From: Bugula neritina
Taxonomy: Eukaryota; Animalia; Bryozoa
DNA: 64,000 bases
Reading direction: 5' to 3'
Assembly: GCA_964035545.1 (NCBI GenBank)
Contig: OZ037768.1
Span: 10,324,741-10,388,740, forward strand
Shown here: positions 1 through 53,578 of the stretch, in pieces
Position numbering within the stretch: position 1 is the stretch's first letter
How the letters are laid out: each line of letters begins with the position of its first letter
Made by a program: the position numbers and the translations under genes
The notes under the pieces: generated by a model
What the model was told of the DNA's origin: nothing
The model's database searches: none
Seen by the model: the letters and a program-made list of their open reading frames with translations, nothing else

Positions 1-344
1 TATCATTCCTAACATTCGAAATTGATGGCGAAATTGTAGCGTGAATATAGCCAAAATTTGTAACAGTTCCCAAAACATATACAGGATATTGATAATGTTT
101 CATTATGAATGTGCGTTATCTTGTAAACTATAGAGCTTGTAATGTGATGACCAGGTTTTTTCAATTAGAGTGTCATTTTTATGAGTTTATTTTTAATCCA
201 GTTACTTCGGCACTTTTGTAACTACAGTGGACCAATGGCTGCTACTATATTTATGCTATCATTAGCTCAGAAGAGTATAGCACGGAGGTCCTGTGCATTG
301 TTAGTCAGTAACAGCCAAATGCAAGCCAACCGTCTGTGTAACTA

Positions 345-39453
<39,109 letters not shown>

Positions 39454-40685
39454 ATGCAGGATACCGTTCACTGTGTATGATTTAGTTTTATTGAATTACT
39501 AATCCATAGGCTGTAAGAAATATCTAGTAGCTCAGTTTAATTGCAGTAACGTAGGATAAAGTTTTTTATCCCTAGCAATAATAGTGCTGGATAGCATTTT
39601 TGCATCATTATAAAAACTTGTTGTTATTACAAAAATGCAGAGATTAAAGATCAATTATGAAATTTAATTAATAATTGAGTATAATGCCTGCTGCTGCAAT
39701 TTGTAAAACAACTTAATTAAATAATACTAAAAGTAATTTAAATTCTGAAAATAGCTAAATAAAAATGCTAAAGAAAATGTTAAACATTAAATTTGGTAGA
39801 TCGGAGCTGTTTCTATGTCATCTTATAATGCAGCAAATATTATAGTGATGATGGCTGTTTTTGCTACTTCAAATATGTTGACTGAGTACCATTTAGCATA
39901 GCTGAATTATGGGGCTGGGCTTTATTGATTTCTTATTTTTATATTTTATGATCATTACTTTTAAGCTATATATTATACAAAGGCTGATTATAGTTTTAAA
40001 CTTCAACATTAAATATTGCTATATGAAAATTGTTTGCTTTTTGTGTTTATGGTTTTTTTACTTGTGCTTTTTGTGTGTATAAAAACATACAATAGAAAAG
40101 AAATGCACTTAATCATTTACTGGTAATATATTAAATAATATTTTATTTATATTGCAATTACTGATTTATTATTATGCTAGTATTAAATTATTGTCATAAT
40201 TATGCTAAGCTAAAAAAATAAAATTGTTGTCTACGATATTAATCAAGCCTTGTCTTTTTTGCAAAGCAATTAAAATTTGAAGGTATTTGCACAGGTAAAT
40301 CTAATAGTATTCTGCCTACAGTTTTCAAATTTTAGTAACTACCATCAATTTTTTATACCTAACCGGTGAGTAATTAATTACTTTCAGTCAATAACTTACA
40401 CTGTATGACCATGAGTTAGTACTGTAAGCATATGTAATAGAGAAAACTCATTCTTAACTATAAGCACTGATTTAATGGAACTTAAAAAGCAGTTTATTAT
40501 CAGTGGAAGTTAAATAGAAGGCAATATAAATTTAATTTTAAATAAAATCACACAAAGTTTTTCAATATAAAAAATTGAAAATGTTGAAAAACTCAGTTAG
40601 GTGGTCACTGTTTAAATAGCTGTCTAATTTGTCAATAAAAAAAAAATTTGCCTAAATACAGATTTAGTGTTGAGTTAACCCAGCT

Positions 40686-40825
40686 GCCCCTGTGGTGTAA
40701 TTGGTGTAATTGCTTGCAAGCCGAAGGTCTGTGGTTCAAATCCCGGTGGGGGAAAAAAAATTTCACAACGGAAAGATTTACAGCTGTGGCTAAATACACA
40801 CATGTTATAATAAATGATTTTATAG
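40686..40825 (+). mobile_element. tRNA-derived SINE or tRNA pseudogene
   Basis: GCCCCTGTGGTGTAATTGG (A box) ... GGTTCAAATCCC (B box) followed by an A-rich stretch; the cloverleaf stems are incomplete. Confidence 0.55.
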
Positions 40826-40827
40826 AA

Positions 40828-41910
40828 TTATCTTCTCCTGTTGTTCAATGGTAGTGGTTGGTGGAACAAATGTTCCGGTTCCAAAATAGGGAGCATGCCA
40901 TATGGGCACATCCCATTTGCGAGCTGTGCATTCCATTGACGTGTCCATTCATTGTGTATGCAATTGGTGATCTTGTGCTTTGTAAGATCTACTGGTTGTA
41001 GATCTGTTAACTTAGTTGTCCGGTGGACCAGTTTCTTTATGTCTGACATGAACTTTAGGGTAATTGCATTTTGAGGTGTGTCCAAGAGCATGGATACGTT
41101 ATCCGTTTTGACCAATCCTCTGATTATAATTGCAATCTTTCTTTGGTGTATACAAGGTTTACTGGTGGGATGTTTGCCAAGTATAGTAATTCGGTGGGAG
41201 GGTTGTAGTGAGCTCCGAGGACCAGTTTGATGTAAGTGTGTAGGGAGATCTTGGTCTTGTAGTCCCATGGAGAGGCGCCGTAGAGAGCTTTTGGCATGAT
41301 CACTTGTGTGAGAATTTTCTTTGAGGTGTCTGGGCTTTAAGCCCAGCGTAGATGAACGGTTTCAGCATATTCATACGTTGAGTAAGACATTTAGTACTTA
41401 TGCTGTACTGTTTTTCGAAGGTTAGATGGTCATCAACAGTTATACCAAGAACCTTGGAGGAGGTAGAAATTTGTATGGTGTTAGTATTTATAATTGGGGG
41501 TGTGATATCTCCTTTAAATACCACAATTTCTGTTTTCTGGTAGTTGATGAGTAGGTTCCATCAATTCATCCAGGTTTGTATCTGTTGGCAGTTGTTCTCA
41601 ATTTTCATCTGTAGTTCTGAAGAGTCTTTTCTAGTCATCAAAACAGTGCAATCATCGGCATATTGTAATCCTGTACCGTCTATGTTTGACAGCATGTCTC
41701 TGATGTAGGCTATATGATAAAGAGAAGTGGAGATAGCACACTCTCTTGTGGGAGGCCTATCTGACATTTTGTTGCTGGGTGGATGTGGTTGTTGATTTTG
41801 AGGCTGATTTCTCTCTTGGTGAGAAAGGAGTCAATAACATGGAGATAGTTACCTTCCAGTTTTAATTCTTGCAGGCGGTAAATCATGTGTTGGTGATATT
41901 TTAGCAACAT
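40828..41910 (-). mobile_element. Decayed non-LTR retrotransposon (LINE) reverse transcriptase fragment
   Basis: Frameshifted pieces GLPQESVLSPLLFII / YIRDM...GLQYADDCTVL / KVLGITVDDHLTF are non-LTR RT motifs. Confidence 0.85.
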
Positions 41911-43058
41911 AATTATATGAAAGAAATTACATTTTGCTGCAGAATAAATTGGAAGCTAATTAGAAAAGTTTGGATTTAGACTTTGAAAGAGTTTATCAGT
42001 TTTTTACATGTGTACTGCAAATTAGCTGTGGTTGAGAAAACAAGTTGTCCTCCTTCCCTACAGTTTATGATCAACTTCATTATTTATGGTGACCACTGAT
42101 GCTATTTTAGAGATTATTCATACAAGTACATGTCAGGTTGCTAATGATTTGATTAGTTCTGAACACCTGTTAGCTGCTAAGAACTTTGAAAACACAAATG
42201 AAAAAGTCTTTGTTAAATGTTCTTAGTGATCATTGACACCATTTTAGAAAATATTTATGCAAGTACATACAGAGCATGTTCTTAGTTTTACAGAAATTAT
42301 TATTTGTCAAGGCTTATGATGACTGAATTAAACTTAGCTGAGAAGAGCTAATAGAATGCTACAAAGCTGAAATTGCTGATCGAAGAAAATATTAATTTAC
42401 TAATGAAGATAAAATACGGGTTACAGCAAGACATTTTATAGAAAACAGGATGACCTCACATGACCTGAACAGCAACTAGTATTATCCTTGAAAAGTAAAA
42501 TACCAAAAACACTTAACTAGCAAAGCGAAAATGATAATCAATAAAACTCTTGTTCAGAAGAAAATAGAATAACATCTTATAGATGATAGAAATTTGAATT
42601 AATTTTAAAACTGTGCAGTGAAACGCTGCTTGTTGCTCAATTGATTTCAATTGTAGAAGTAAATTTTAATCACCTAATGCATGGTGTGTATATCAATTGA
42701 ATACATTATTATAAATATGCTTCACTGTATTAATATAGTAACAGGTTGCAAGATCAAGATAAGGTTTTGAATGTGAATAACCCTTTTAATAAAATTGATA
42801 TTGGGTTTATAGCAACCATTTTTAATTTTAAAAGTGTTATTATAGAGCAGTGGTTTATTTATTAAATAGCATAGTTGCCTATAACAGTATGTTTTGTTCA
42901 CGACAACACAGTAACTATTTGAAATCCTTATAACTCACCTATATTATGTAGTTCAAATACTGCTGACCACAGCTAAAACATTCTATATCACCTCATCTTA
43001 AAAAAAAACAATTAATCTGAGCTTTAGCGTTGTAAATTAAAACTTTGAAATATATATA

Positions 43059-45447
43059 ATGCAACTTTTTCGAATATTTTCCTTCCTTCTTATAATAGCG
43101 AACTTAACTCAAAGTTATGTGACTATATATGGAAGCTGGGAACATGTGACATACAGGCTTGGAGGAGGTAAGACTAAAATATATGGGTGTTATTGACATC
43201 GTACTTAGTATTTCAACAGAACTTGCTCTTCTTTGTCATATATATTCTCACTAATATTCTGTATATTCTAAATTGTTATAAGTCCTTCAAATATTTTGTT
43301 AATGCTGCACAATTGTGAGTAGACTATAACTACTTTGATTTATAGAAACAAATTTCTATAACATTATGCTGCTGTATATTTTATTATATTATATTTATAC
43401 AAAAGATTGAACTACTAATTATTTGAATTAGTAAAATAATATGTGAGAATACTATTTTTGATATTAAATAGAAAAGACTAAAGTAATTATCAGTGTTCCA
43501 CTTGGGGGTACCAGCAAACCACCAGCAGTTGCTTGCCGACCATCAAGAGGCTGTTACAACTCTACAGATATGGAATGTATCAGAAAGGCAGGATGCTCTT
43601 CCCCAGATGATGAGAGATACTGCAGGACTAATAATAAGTACGAAGAGGTAAACACAGATCTGCTCGCATCAGAATTCGGTGAACGTCTGACACAGAAATT
43701 TGGAGGTAAACGTAATTAAATGAAACATGCAGAACTTGTTTCTTTTTATTATGTATATGTCAAAAGTTTTTCTTTATTAAAAAGCTGTAAGTTAATATTT
43801 GTAAATTAATAGAGTGGTGAATACAGCTTTTTTATTTTTATAGCCTCAGTTTAAGTCATTGTTGCTAGGTTTACATGCTGTTGCAACACTTGCTATAACA
43901 TCCTTTCTGTTGTAAAATATAATTTGTGTTTGGCATCCAGCCAATATTGTAGGAATATTCAAACATATGCAAATGTTAGTTTCTGTGGTGGTAGGAGACA
44001 CGGACTACAGCCCTCACATCATCATCTGCCATCTCCACAAGTCTAAAGTAAATGTTGACTCCGATCTGGCTAATGCAGCATATGGGAAGGATAGAGCAGC
44101 AGTTGCTTGGAGAGAATATCACAAGTTTATTGACATGGCTAAAGCATATTCAGTTGGCAATAACTCGAATGTTCTGTACATTGATCTACATGGTCAGGTA
44201 TATATTTTATTACCACTGCATTTCCATTGGTTGTATTATTCAAATGGGTGCTCTGGATGAATTTGTTGCTGTGGTTTCATTGATGTAACTGTTACCAAAC
44301 ATCGAAGAAAAATCTATTACATAATGGCTTAGTCACCCAGTGAATAAGTAATAGCAGTTAGCAATATTATTATGAATAGCAGTAATATGCTTTACAATTT
44401 TATTACAAGAGCCTCAGCTGACAGCTGTTGTATGATACATAGACCAGAAAAATAAATAAAGTATTATTTTGATGCTCAGTCTACATAGTCCTAAAATTAA
44501 TAACGTGCTAGGAGTAAAGCATGTATAAACTCTGAAATATATATAATGAAATCAAATTTGCATAGTTCTTTGTAGTTCTACCTATTAATGTTCATTATTA
44601 TAAGTCGTTTACAAATTCCAGACCAAGAAGACTTTTACTAGTTATCTAATATTATTTAAGTGCAGAGTTTTGCTTTAGAAGTTCTATTTCTCCTGTAGAG
44701 GGTGTCTATAGATAACAGCAGTTTATTGATTTAATACGAGTAATTAAAGTAGTGAAATAAACTAATTATGACACAGCCTACAGCATTGGACAGTATCTTC
44801 CAACAGATTTTAATTACCATTTTGGCAAACAATTATCATTGCTATGTTCTTTATATTACAGAGTGAAACTGAATACAGCCTTGTGGGTGTAAATCTCTTC
44901 ACAAAGGGCCTCAGCATTATAGAAAAGGCAACATTACCAGACAGACTGGCTCAGTATTCCTCCATCATGCAACTCCATGTTGATTCTGGAGTACCAATAG
45001 AAAAACTTGTGAGAGGAAACACATCTATCGGAGGGCTGATGGAACCAGACTTTCCCATGTTTCCTGCACCTGGACGAAAACTATTAGATGAGCTCTCTTA
45101 TCCGTACCACTTCAGTAGCTACAGTCTTCGCAGGTAAGCTTATCTTTAAAGATTTATTTATGCAATTAGTAACCAAGTGTTTAAAATCTGCACCAGTAAA
45201 AGCCAAGTTCTCTTGAACATTTGCAATATGCTGACAGTTTTGTACCTTTAATTGAATGCTTGTAGAAGTAAATGCTGTTTACCAGTATACATAACTTATG
45301 AGTGTGTATTGTAGACATGCTGGGTGGAGAGTGAATGGACTAAAGGTTAGCGTAGCAAACCCCATAAGAGGGAACACAGTTCTCATGACTCAGTTTGCTG
45401 ATAAGTTAGCAGAAGCAGTGAAATTTTGGGTTGACAACTATTTATAA
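43059..45447 (+). CDS. Secreted N-formylglutamate amidohydrolase-like protein, type A, copy 1 (316 aa)
   Basis: Exons 43059-43167, 43472-43705, 43995-44197, 44862-45133, 45315-45447 (phases 1,1,0,2). Signal peptide MQLFRIFSFLLIIANLTQS. Motifs VIISVPLGG, PHIIICHLHKSK, AWREYHKFI, LYIDLHGQ, FADKLAEAV. Confidence 0.82.
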
Positions 45448-45775
45448 GAACACAGAAAAAACTCTAACTATAATTTGAATTGCACAAGATGTGGGCTATA
45501 ATTATTTAGCTATTTTGAATCTATTTTTGTTTCGTATTATGATTTAACTTTATAATTTCTAGCTAAATACTATAGCTGGGTATTTTTACCAAATCTCAAT
45601 ATCATGTCTACAATACAGCACATTCTTGTAAAACAAAGTTCTAACTTTTTGTAGATTAGAAAATGCCCATAGCTAAATTTCATATTGCTGTCAGCTGATT
45701 TGAAAATAATAGTGTATGTTTATTTTGCCAAACTATAAACAACTTCTTGTTATGATCAGAAAGTATCTATTTATA

Positions 45776-45778
<3 letters not shown>

Positions 45779-45838
<60 letters not shown>
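45779..45838. repeat. (TA)n microsatellite between A1 and B1
   Basis: Pure TA run. Confidence 0.95.
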
Positions 45839-45841
<3 letters not shown>

Positions 45842-46089
45842 GCTCAATCAAGTTTAATGCTTTCATTGAAATGATGTAATAATAATGAAATATCAAAAGA
45901 AGCCAGACTTGTTGAGTTAAACTAGGTACCTGAATACTTGAGTTGTTTTCTAATGGAATTCAAATGCTTTTATTTTAATGAAAATCGTTTCTTCAAAGAA
46001 ACAATCAATAAGTTTCAGAGAATAAAGTCTCTATGTTACATCATTGTGAGATTAACAGCACTAGCATTGCTGACACAGAAGATACAACT

Positions 46090-48410
46090 ATGGTGTTAGT
46101 GTGCAGACTTATACTGCTTGGATTATTACTAATTACAGTATTCATACTCAGTCGCTGTTTTAATGTGAAGTATGGGACAGATAACTTCATATCTTATCAA
46201 GTTGGAGGAGGTAACTGCTTTGTGGTAAATAATTTTCAGTATATAACAGTACATAGACTATAATATATACACTTAGTTATACCAGAAACACAATTTTGAT
46301 GATAGACATTTACAACTATTAATATTAGCCATATTGATAATATTTTACAATTGTTTATGCTCTATACTTATTTGAAAATTAAAACATAGTATATTCTTCA
46401 AGTATATAGCCATAATTGCTTGTTCTTCTGTTTCAATTTTAAAGTTTCAGAAAGCTTTATCTGTGACTGTCACTAAAATTTCTTACAGTTAACTCAAGAG
46501 TTATTTTGAGTGTGGCCCATGGAGGTTCTCTTAAACCAGAGTCTATTGCCACCAGACCTAACAGTGGGTGTTTTGATTCCTCCCTAAAAGAGTGTGTTTA
46601 CAAGAGTGGATGTCAGCCTATTGATGTCAATGAGTGCAAAGTTTCCTTTCTAACCAGCAAAAACATCATGACGTTCACGGAGGAGCTGGCTGATTATATA
46701 AAGCTAAAAGCTGGAAGTCATACCAATTTTTTTATTAATATCATTACTTTTTGCTTCCAATGATGCTACTTTGTACAATTTATAATATACCTGTAATTGC
46801 ATTATTTATACAAATTGCAAAAACTAGATATTATGTTTTGCCAGTTCACCAATTCATGGGATACAGAGCATTGCATTTTTTAAAGTTGCTACAGGTATAA
46901 ATGCAACTGATAATGACAGACCCCATGTGATCAAATGTGAGCTGCACAGATCTAAACTGGGTGCCAATAGAGACTTGGGTGAGGCAGCGTTTGGGGACCC
47001 GAAAGCAGAGCTTGCGTGGAGCGAGTACCACCAGTTTATTGACGAAGCAAAGACAGTTACAACTATGGCTGGTTCAAAGGCTATTTACATTGACATCAGC
47101 AGAGCGGTATACAAATATATATTTAAAGCAGTATACATTGTATATGTCTTATATGTTCTCAGATTAAAAAATAAAGCCAGTTCCTGCTTTAGAGAGTTCT
47201 AGCGAGATAGACATAAGTATATGTTTTTTCAATGTAATTTGTTCAGTGTTGCTTTATATTTGAAGAAATTTTTGGAGCATCTAAAATGGAAAACAAGATC
47301 ACATATTTATGCGAAACAAGAGATTAACTTTTGAAAATGATTGACACATGCATGATATGAATAAAATGCCAGCAGTCTCCTTATTTCTAGCTATTCAATA
47401 TGCAAACTAAAAATGTACTGTAACTTGCAGTTTTTTGTATTTCTCTGTGAAGTTTAATTGAAAGCATAAATTATTTCTGGCGTTTCAATAAAGACAAGAA
47501 TTGTTTTTATTCTTACTTTTAGAGCAGAAATTTCAAGTACAATGCAATTGGGTTGATGCTTCAAAAAGCTGGTAAAAATGGAATGAGCAAAAGTGTTCTT
47601 CCTGACAGACTGGCTCAGTATTCCTCTATAATGCAACTCCATGTTGATTCTGGAGTACCAATGGAAGAACTTGTAAGAGGAAATACATCTATTGGAGGGC
47701 TGATGGAACCAGACTTTCTCATGTTGCCTGCACCTGGGAAGAAAACTGTTGGAGGAGAGAGATATTCCACTGGTGGCTACAGTCTACATAGGTGAGCTTA
47801 ATTCAATTTATATTTACATGAAAAATATTTACTATTCTAAAATCAATTTACCCCTATTCAAATGCTTTATGTCTACAAAACTGTTTAGAGAAAAAAATTT
47901 AAAAACCTTTTGCAAGTTGCAACATTCTAAGTTATTGCTCGATCTTAATATAAAATTTTAATTCGGCTAAATTTTACATGAATTTAGAAAAATCTATTTT
48001 TATTAATTCATATTAATTTTGATTTGTGATAAACTGAATGAATATAAAAGTTGCATCACATAAATCAATTTATTGCGCTTTTCATTCGTATTGACTTATT
48101 ACAAGTTTTTAAAACAGCTCTAAATAACAATTTAACGAATAAGACAGGGTTTATTGAAAGAGAGGTTCTTAAATATCAAAAAATACTATCAAATGTTATG
48201 GTATGTTATGACAGCTATGAAGTGTAACAAGTGAGGCAAGCAAAGTTGTAATATTATTTCAGGCACATTGGCTTTCAAATCAGTGGATTTCAACTGCTGC
48301 TAACTTATGATGTGGGAGAAGATGCCGGATTGAGGAAAGCGTTTGCTGAGAAAATGGCTGAAGCTATTGTGTACTGGGTAGACAACTACTTGCCTGCTAA
48401 TTTCAACTGA
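46090..48410 (+). CDS. Secreted N-formylglutamate amidohydrolase-like protein, type B, copy 1 (325 aa)
   Basis: Exons 46090-46210, 46489-46716, 46895-47106, 47523-47791, 48263-48410. Signal peptide MVLVCRLILLGLLLITVFILSRC. Motifs VILSVAHGG, PHVIKCELHRSKL(G)ANR, AAFGDPKAELAWSEYHQFI, YSTGGYS. Confidence 0.85.
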
Positions 48411-49176
48411 GGTGTTCATATAGAACTTTCCTTTGGATGAAAGATGCAAGCTTTAGATATTATATTTAAATTCCATTTTAGTTTTTAGCTCATGGTTTGT
48501 TGTTTGAAGTAGACCACCTATGTTTTAGCAACAATTCTAAGCAAACGATTATTCCACTTGTTTTTATTTCTTAGAATTACTAACATTTTTAATAAATCTT
48601 GAGTGGCTAGGTATTGTATTGGTAGTCTCTAAGCTGTGTTGTTTATCTCATGAACCCATGTCAACAATGTTTGAATTTACATAATTTTATAAGTTCATAT
48701 CATAAAACAGTTGTGTACTTTTTCAAGTTCAAATTATAGGCAATTGTTTTATTCAATTTTTGCAATTCTGTTGTCATACTCAAATAAACTAATAATATAT
48801 GTTGTTATTTGACGTTTTATGTTTACCCTGATTGGCAGATGTGTCATTCCACGGCAGCTATACATGAACATCATATATAGTAATTACTCATTTAGTTGTT
48901 ACGTTAAATAATTTATTCTTGACAACTTATAACAATAACCGAATGACTATAGAATTATTGGCATAAACTATCTCAGGCAATAAATGGGTAGTTCAAGAAG
49001 ATATTATGTACATAGGGAGTTTCAAAATATGCTTTATCCTTATTAATACATGTATAAGACTTGAGTGAAAATCCATTTCACTATAACAGATATATAAGTC
49101 AAATTGTACTGAATTGATTCCAAATCGAAAAAAGAGAATGCACCTTGAAAATAAGTTAAGTATCAATATTTCGTAA

Positions 49177-49371
49177 TTAATTCTCATATCCAGAACGCTT
49201 TACATAATATATCCAATAAATCATCAAAAACAACATAAATGAGCAGGGAAACACAACTCTTGAGACAAGATATACTTTTGTGGCCATTCTTCTCGATGCG
49301 CAACATTTCCTCCACCATGGTTGTATTCTTCCTGCCAACAGTTTATACCACGTTTTACTCTCACAGCTGTT
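49177..49371 (-). pseudogene. Isolated 3'-terminal exon (M4 helix) of a Cys-loop ligand-gated ion channel, copy 1
   Basis: After a tag acceptor: NSCESKTWYKLLAGRIQPWWRKCCASRRMATKVYLVSRVVFPCSFMLFLMIYWIYYVKRSGYEN*. This matches the ID..SR..FP..F..F...YW..Y M4 signature. Confidence 0.7.
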
Positions 49372-50309
49372 CTATAATATATAATTTATATTCTCATTGT
49401 GACTTCATGGTGATCATTGACACCATTTTAGAAAATATTTTTGCAAGTACATATAGAGCAATTCAAATTGTTAAAGATTTTTTTAGTTCTGAATGCCCGT
49501 TAGCTGCTAAGAAATTTGAAAACACAAATTAAAAGTACGATTAAAAAATCTCCCGGCTAAATGTTCGTAGTTTTGCAGAACTTCTTATTTTATGATGACT
49601 GAATTAAACTTATCTGAGAAGAGATAGTAGAAGGCTACAAAGCTGAAAGTGCTAATGGAAGAAAATGTCGATTTACTAATGAAGATAAAGCATGGGTTAC
49701 AACAGGTTATCTTATATCAAACAGGATAACCTCACATGAACTAGACAGTAACTAATACTAACTTTAGAAAGTAAAACAACAAAAACACTTAACTAGCAAA
49801 GCAATAATGGTAATCAATAAAACTCCTATTCAGAAAGAAAAAGAAAAGAATCTTATAGATGATAGAAATTTGAATCCTAACTTCAACACTGTGCAGTGAA
49901 ACGCTGCTTGTTGCTCAATTGATTCTAATTGTAGAAGTAAATTTTAATCACCTAATGGTGTGTATCAACCGGGTACATTATTATAAATGTATTTCACTGT
50001 ATTCATATAATAGCAGGTTTTAAGATTGAGATAAGGTTTTGAATGTGAATAACCCTTTTAATAAAATTGATGTTGGGTTTATAGCAACCATTTTTAATTT
50101 TAAAAGTATTATTATATGGAACATTAATCTCTATTTTTATATAGCACATTATGCTTTGTTCATGACAAAGTAATAACTATTTAAAACTTTTATAACTGAT
50201 CTACATTAGTTTAAATACTGCTGACTTGCTAAAACATTATATTTCATTTAATCTTGGAAAACAATCAAGCTAAGCTTAAGCATTGTAAATTGAAACTTTG
50301 AAATATATA

Positions 50310-52923
50310 ATGGAAGTTTTTTTAATATTTTCCTTCCTTCTTATAATAGCGAGCTTAACTCATAGTTACGTGACCATATATGGAAGTTGGGAACATGTGA
50401 CATACAGGCTTGGAGGAGGTAAGACTAAAATATATGTGTGTTATTGACATCGTGCTTAGAATGTATTTCAATAGAACTTGCTCTTCTTTGTCTTATATAT
50501 TTTCACTTCAATATTTTGTATATCTTAAATTGCTATAAGTTGTTTCAAATACTTTGTTAATGCTGAGCAATTATGGGCATAGTTATTTTAGAAACAGATT
50601 TCTGTAGCATTATAATGCTACAGTTTCATTTAAGAGCAGTAGTGGAGAAACTGAGATGGCCTAATAAGTTATTTAATTTTATTATTACTTGCTAGTTTGG
50701 GGCCTGGGTTGAAATTCTTTCAAAAACATAACTTCTTATGCGTTTTTTCTAATCTAGAACACAGGCTTTTCTTAATTTCTCCATCTCTGCACCTACCTCT
50801 ATAGTTTATTATATTTATACAAAAGATTGCACTAATAATTATTTGAATTAGTAAAATAATATGTGAGAATGCTATTTTTGATATTAAATAGAAAAGACTA
50901 AAGTAATCATCAGTGCTCCACTTGGGGGTACCAGCAAACCACCAGCAGTTGCTTGCCGGCCATCAAGAGGCTGTTACAACTCTACAGATATGGAATGTAT
51001 CAGAAAGGCAGGATGCTCTTCCCCAGATGATGAGAGATACTGCAGGACTAGTAATAAGTATGAAGAGGTAAACACAGATCTGCTCGCATCAGAATTCGGT
51101 GAACGTCTGACACAGAAATTTGGAGGTAAACGTAATTAAATGAACATATACAGAACTTGTTTCTTTTTGCTATGTATATGTCAAAAGTTTTTCTTTATTA
51201 AAAAGCTGTAAATTATTAATTGTAAATTAATAGAGTGGTGAATACAGCTTTTTTATTTTTATAGCCTCAGTTTATGTCATTGTTGCTAGGTTTACATGCT
51301 GTTGCTATACATTTGCTATAACATCCTGTTTGTTGTAACATATAATTTGTGTTTGGCATACAGCCAATACTGTAGGAATATTTAAACATATGCAAATGTT
51401 AGTTTCTGTGGTGGTAGGGGACGCGGACTACAGCCCTCACATCATCATCTGCCATCTCCACAAGTCTAAAGTAAATGTTGATTCCAATCTGGCGAATGCA
51501 GCATTTGGAAAGGAACAAGCAGCAGTTGCTTGGAGAGAATATCACAAGTTTATTGACATGGCTAAAGCATATTCAATTGGCAATAATTCGAATGTTCTGT
51601 ACATTGATCTACATGGTCAGGTATATATTTTATTACCACTGCATTTCCATTGGTTGTATTATTCAAATGGGTGCTCTGGATGAATTTGTTGCTGTGGTTT
51701 CATTGATGCAACTGTACCAAACATTAGTGAAGAATATATATTGCATAATGATTTAGTCATAATAATCATTATAATGATTTAGTCATCCAGTGAATAAGTA
51801 AAAGTAGTTAGCAATATTATTGTAAAGAGAGGTATGCTTTACAATTTTATTACAACTAGCCTCAGCTGACAGCTGTTGTATGATATATAGATTAGAAAAA
51901 TAAATAAAGTATTATATTCGATGCTCAGCTTAGAACTTACATACCCTTAGAATTAATAACATGCTATAAGTATGTAGAATATGTATATAAAATATGAAAT
52001 AAATCAAATGAAATTTGCATGGTTCTTTTCAGATGAGTCAATTCAAGTTGTACCTATTAATGTTCATTATTATAAGTCGTTTCACAGATACCAAAACAGG
52101 AAGACTTTTACTAGTTATATAATATTATTTAAAAGCAGAGTTTTGCTTTAGGAGTTCTATTTTTCTTGTAGAGCATGTCTATAGATAACAGCAGTTTATT
52201 GATTTAATACGAGTAATTAAAGTAGTGAAATAAATTAATTATGACACAGCCTACAGCATTGGACAGTATCTTCCAACAGATTTTAGTTACCATTTTTGCA
52301 AACAATTATCATTGCTATGTGCGTTATATTACAGAGTGCCACTGAATACAGCCTAGTGGGTGTAAATCTCTTCACAAAGGGTCCCAGCATTATAGAAAAG
52401 GCAATATTACCAGACAGACTGGCTCAGTATTCCTCCATCATGCAACTCCATGTTGATTCTGGAGTACCAATGGAAGAACTTGTAAGAGGAAACACATCTA
52501 TCGGAGGGCTGATGGAACCAGACTTTCCCATGTTTCCTGCACCTGGAAGAAAATTATTAGATGAGCTCTCTTATCCGTACCACTTTAGTAGCTACAGTCT
52601 TAGCAGGTAAGCTTATCTTTAAAGATTTATTTATGCAATTAGTAACCAAGTGTTTAAAGTCTGCACCAGTAAAAGCCAAGTTTTCCTGTACATTTGCAAT
52701 ATGCTGACAGTTTTGTACCTTTAATTGAATGCTTGTAGAAGCAATAATTACTGCTCACCAGTATACATAACTTATGAGTGTGTATTGTAGACATGCTGGG
52801 TGGAGAGTGAATGGACTAAAGGTTAGCGTAGCAAACCCCATAAGAGGGAACACAGTTCTCATGACTCAGTTTGCTGATAAGTTAGCAGAAGCAGGGAAGT
52901 TTTGGGTTGACAATTATTTATAA
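50310..52923 (+). CDS. Type A FGase-like protein, copy 2
   Basis: Exons 50310-50418, 50892-51125, 51418-51620, 52335-52606, 52791-52923; same lengths as copy 1; N-terminus MEVFLIFSFLLIIASLTHS. Confidence 0.82.
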
Positions 52924-53256
52924 GAACATAGAAAACAACTCCAACTATGATTTTAATTGCACAACATGTGGGCTATAATATTGTAGTTATTTTGAATCTG
53001 TTGTTGTTTCATAATATAATTTAACTTTATAATTTCAAGCTAAATACTATAGCTGGGGATTTTTACCAAACCTCAAAATCATGTCTACAATCCAGTGCAT
53101 TTTTGTAAAACAAAGTCCTAACTTTTTGTAAATTAGAAAATGCCCATATATAGCTGAATTTCATACTGCTATCAGCTGATTTGAAAATAATAGTGTATGT
53201 TTATTTTGCCAAACTATAAACAACTTCTTGTTATGATCAGAAAGTATCTATTTATA

Positions 53257-53258
<2 letters not shown>

Positions 53259-53328
<70 letters not shown>
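53259..53328. repeat. (TA)n microsatellite between A2 and B2
   Basis: Pure TA run at the homologous position. Confidence 0.95.
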
Positions 53329-53330
<2 letters not shown>

Positions 53331-53578
53331 GCTCAATCAAGTTTAATGCTTTCATTGAAATGATGTAATAATAATGAAATATCAAAAGAAGCAAGACTTG
53401 TTGAGTTAAACTTGGTACCTGAACACTTGAGTTGTTCTCTAACGGAATTCAAATGCTTTTATTTTAATGAAAATCGTTTCTTCAAAGAAACAATCAATAA
53501 GTTTCGGAGAATAAAGTCTCCACGTTACATCATTGTGAGATAAACAGCACTAGCATTGCTGACACAGAAGATACAATT

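Noticed and set aside
229-306. CCAAT, TATA-like and Inr-like motifs upstream of exon 1
   Set aside because: Short motifs are expected by chance in AT-rich DNA and there is no TSS evidence.
40686-40752. Functional tRNA gene
   Set aside because: A and B boxes are present but the D and anticodon arms do not pair properly; it is better explained as a SINE head.
42681-42744. Candidate extra first exon of gene A (MVCISIEY...)
   Set aside because: It is frameshifted in unit 2 and has a weak donor; a good signal peptide starts in frame at 43059 in all three copies.
46033-46089. Upstream ATG (MLHHCE...) as the start of gene B
   Set aside because: It is ACG in copy 2; the conserved ATG at 46090 directly opens the signal peptide.
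49239-49532. Plus-strand ORFs MSRETQLL.../MSRRTQLL... (also 56741)
   Set aside because: Antisense shadows of the Cys-loop M4 exon; they run across the duplication junction and have no recognisable motif.
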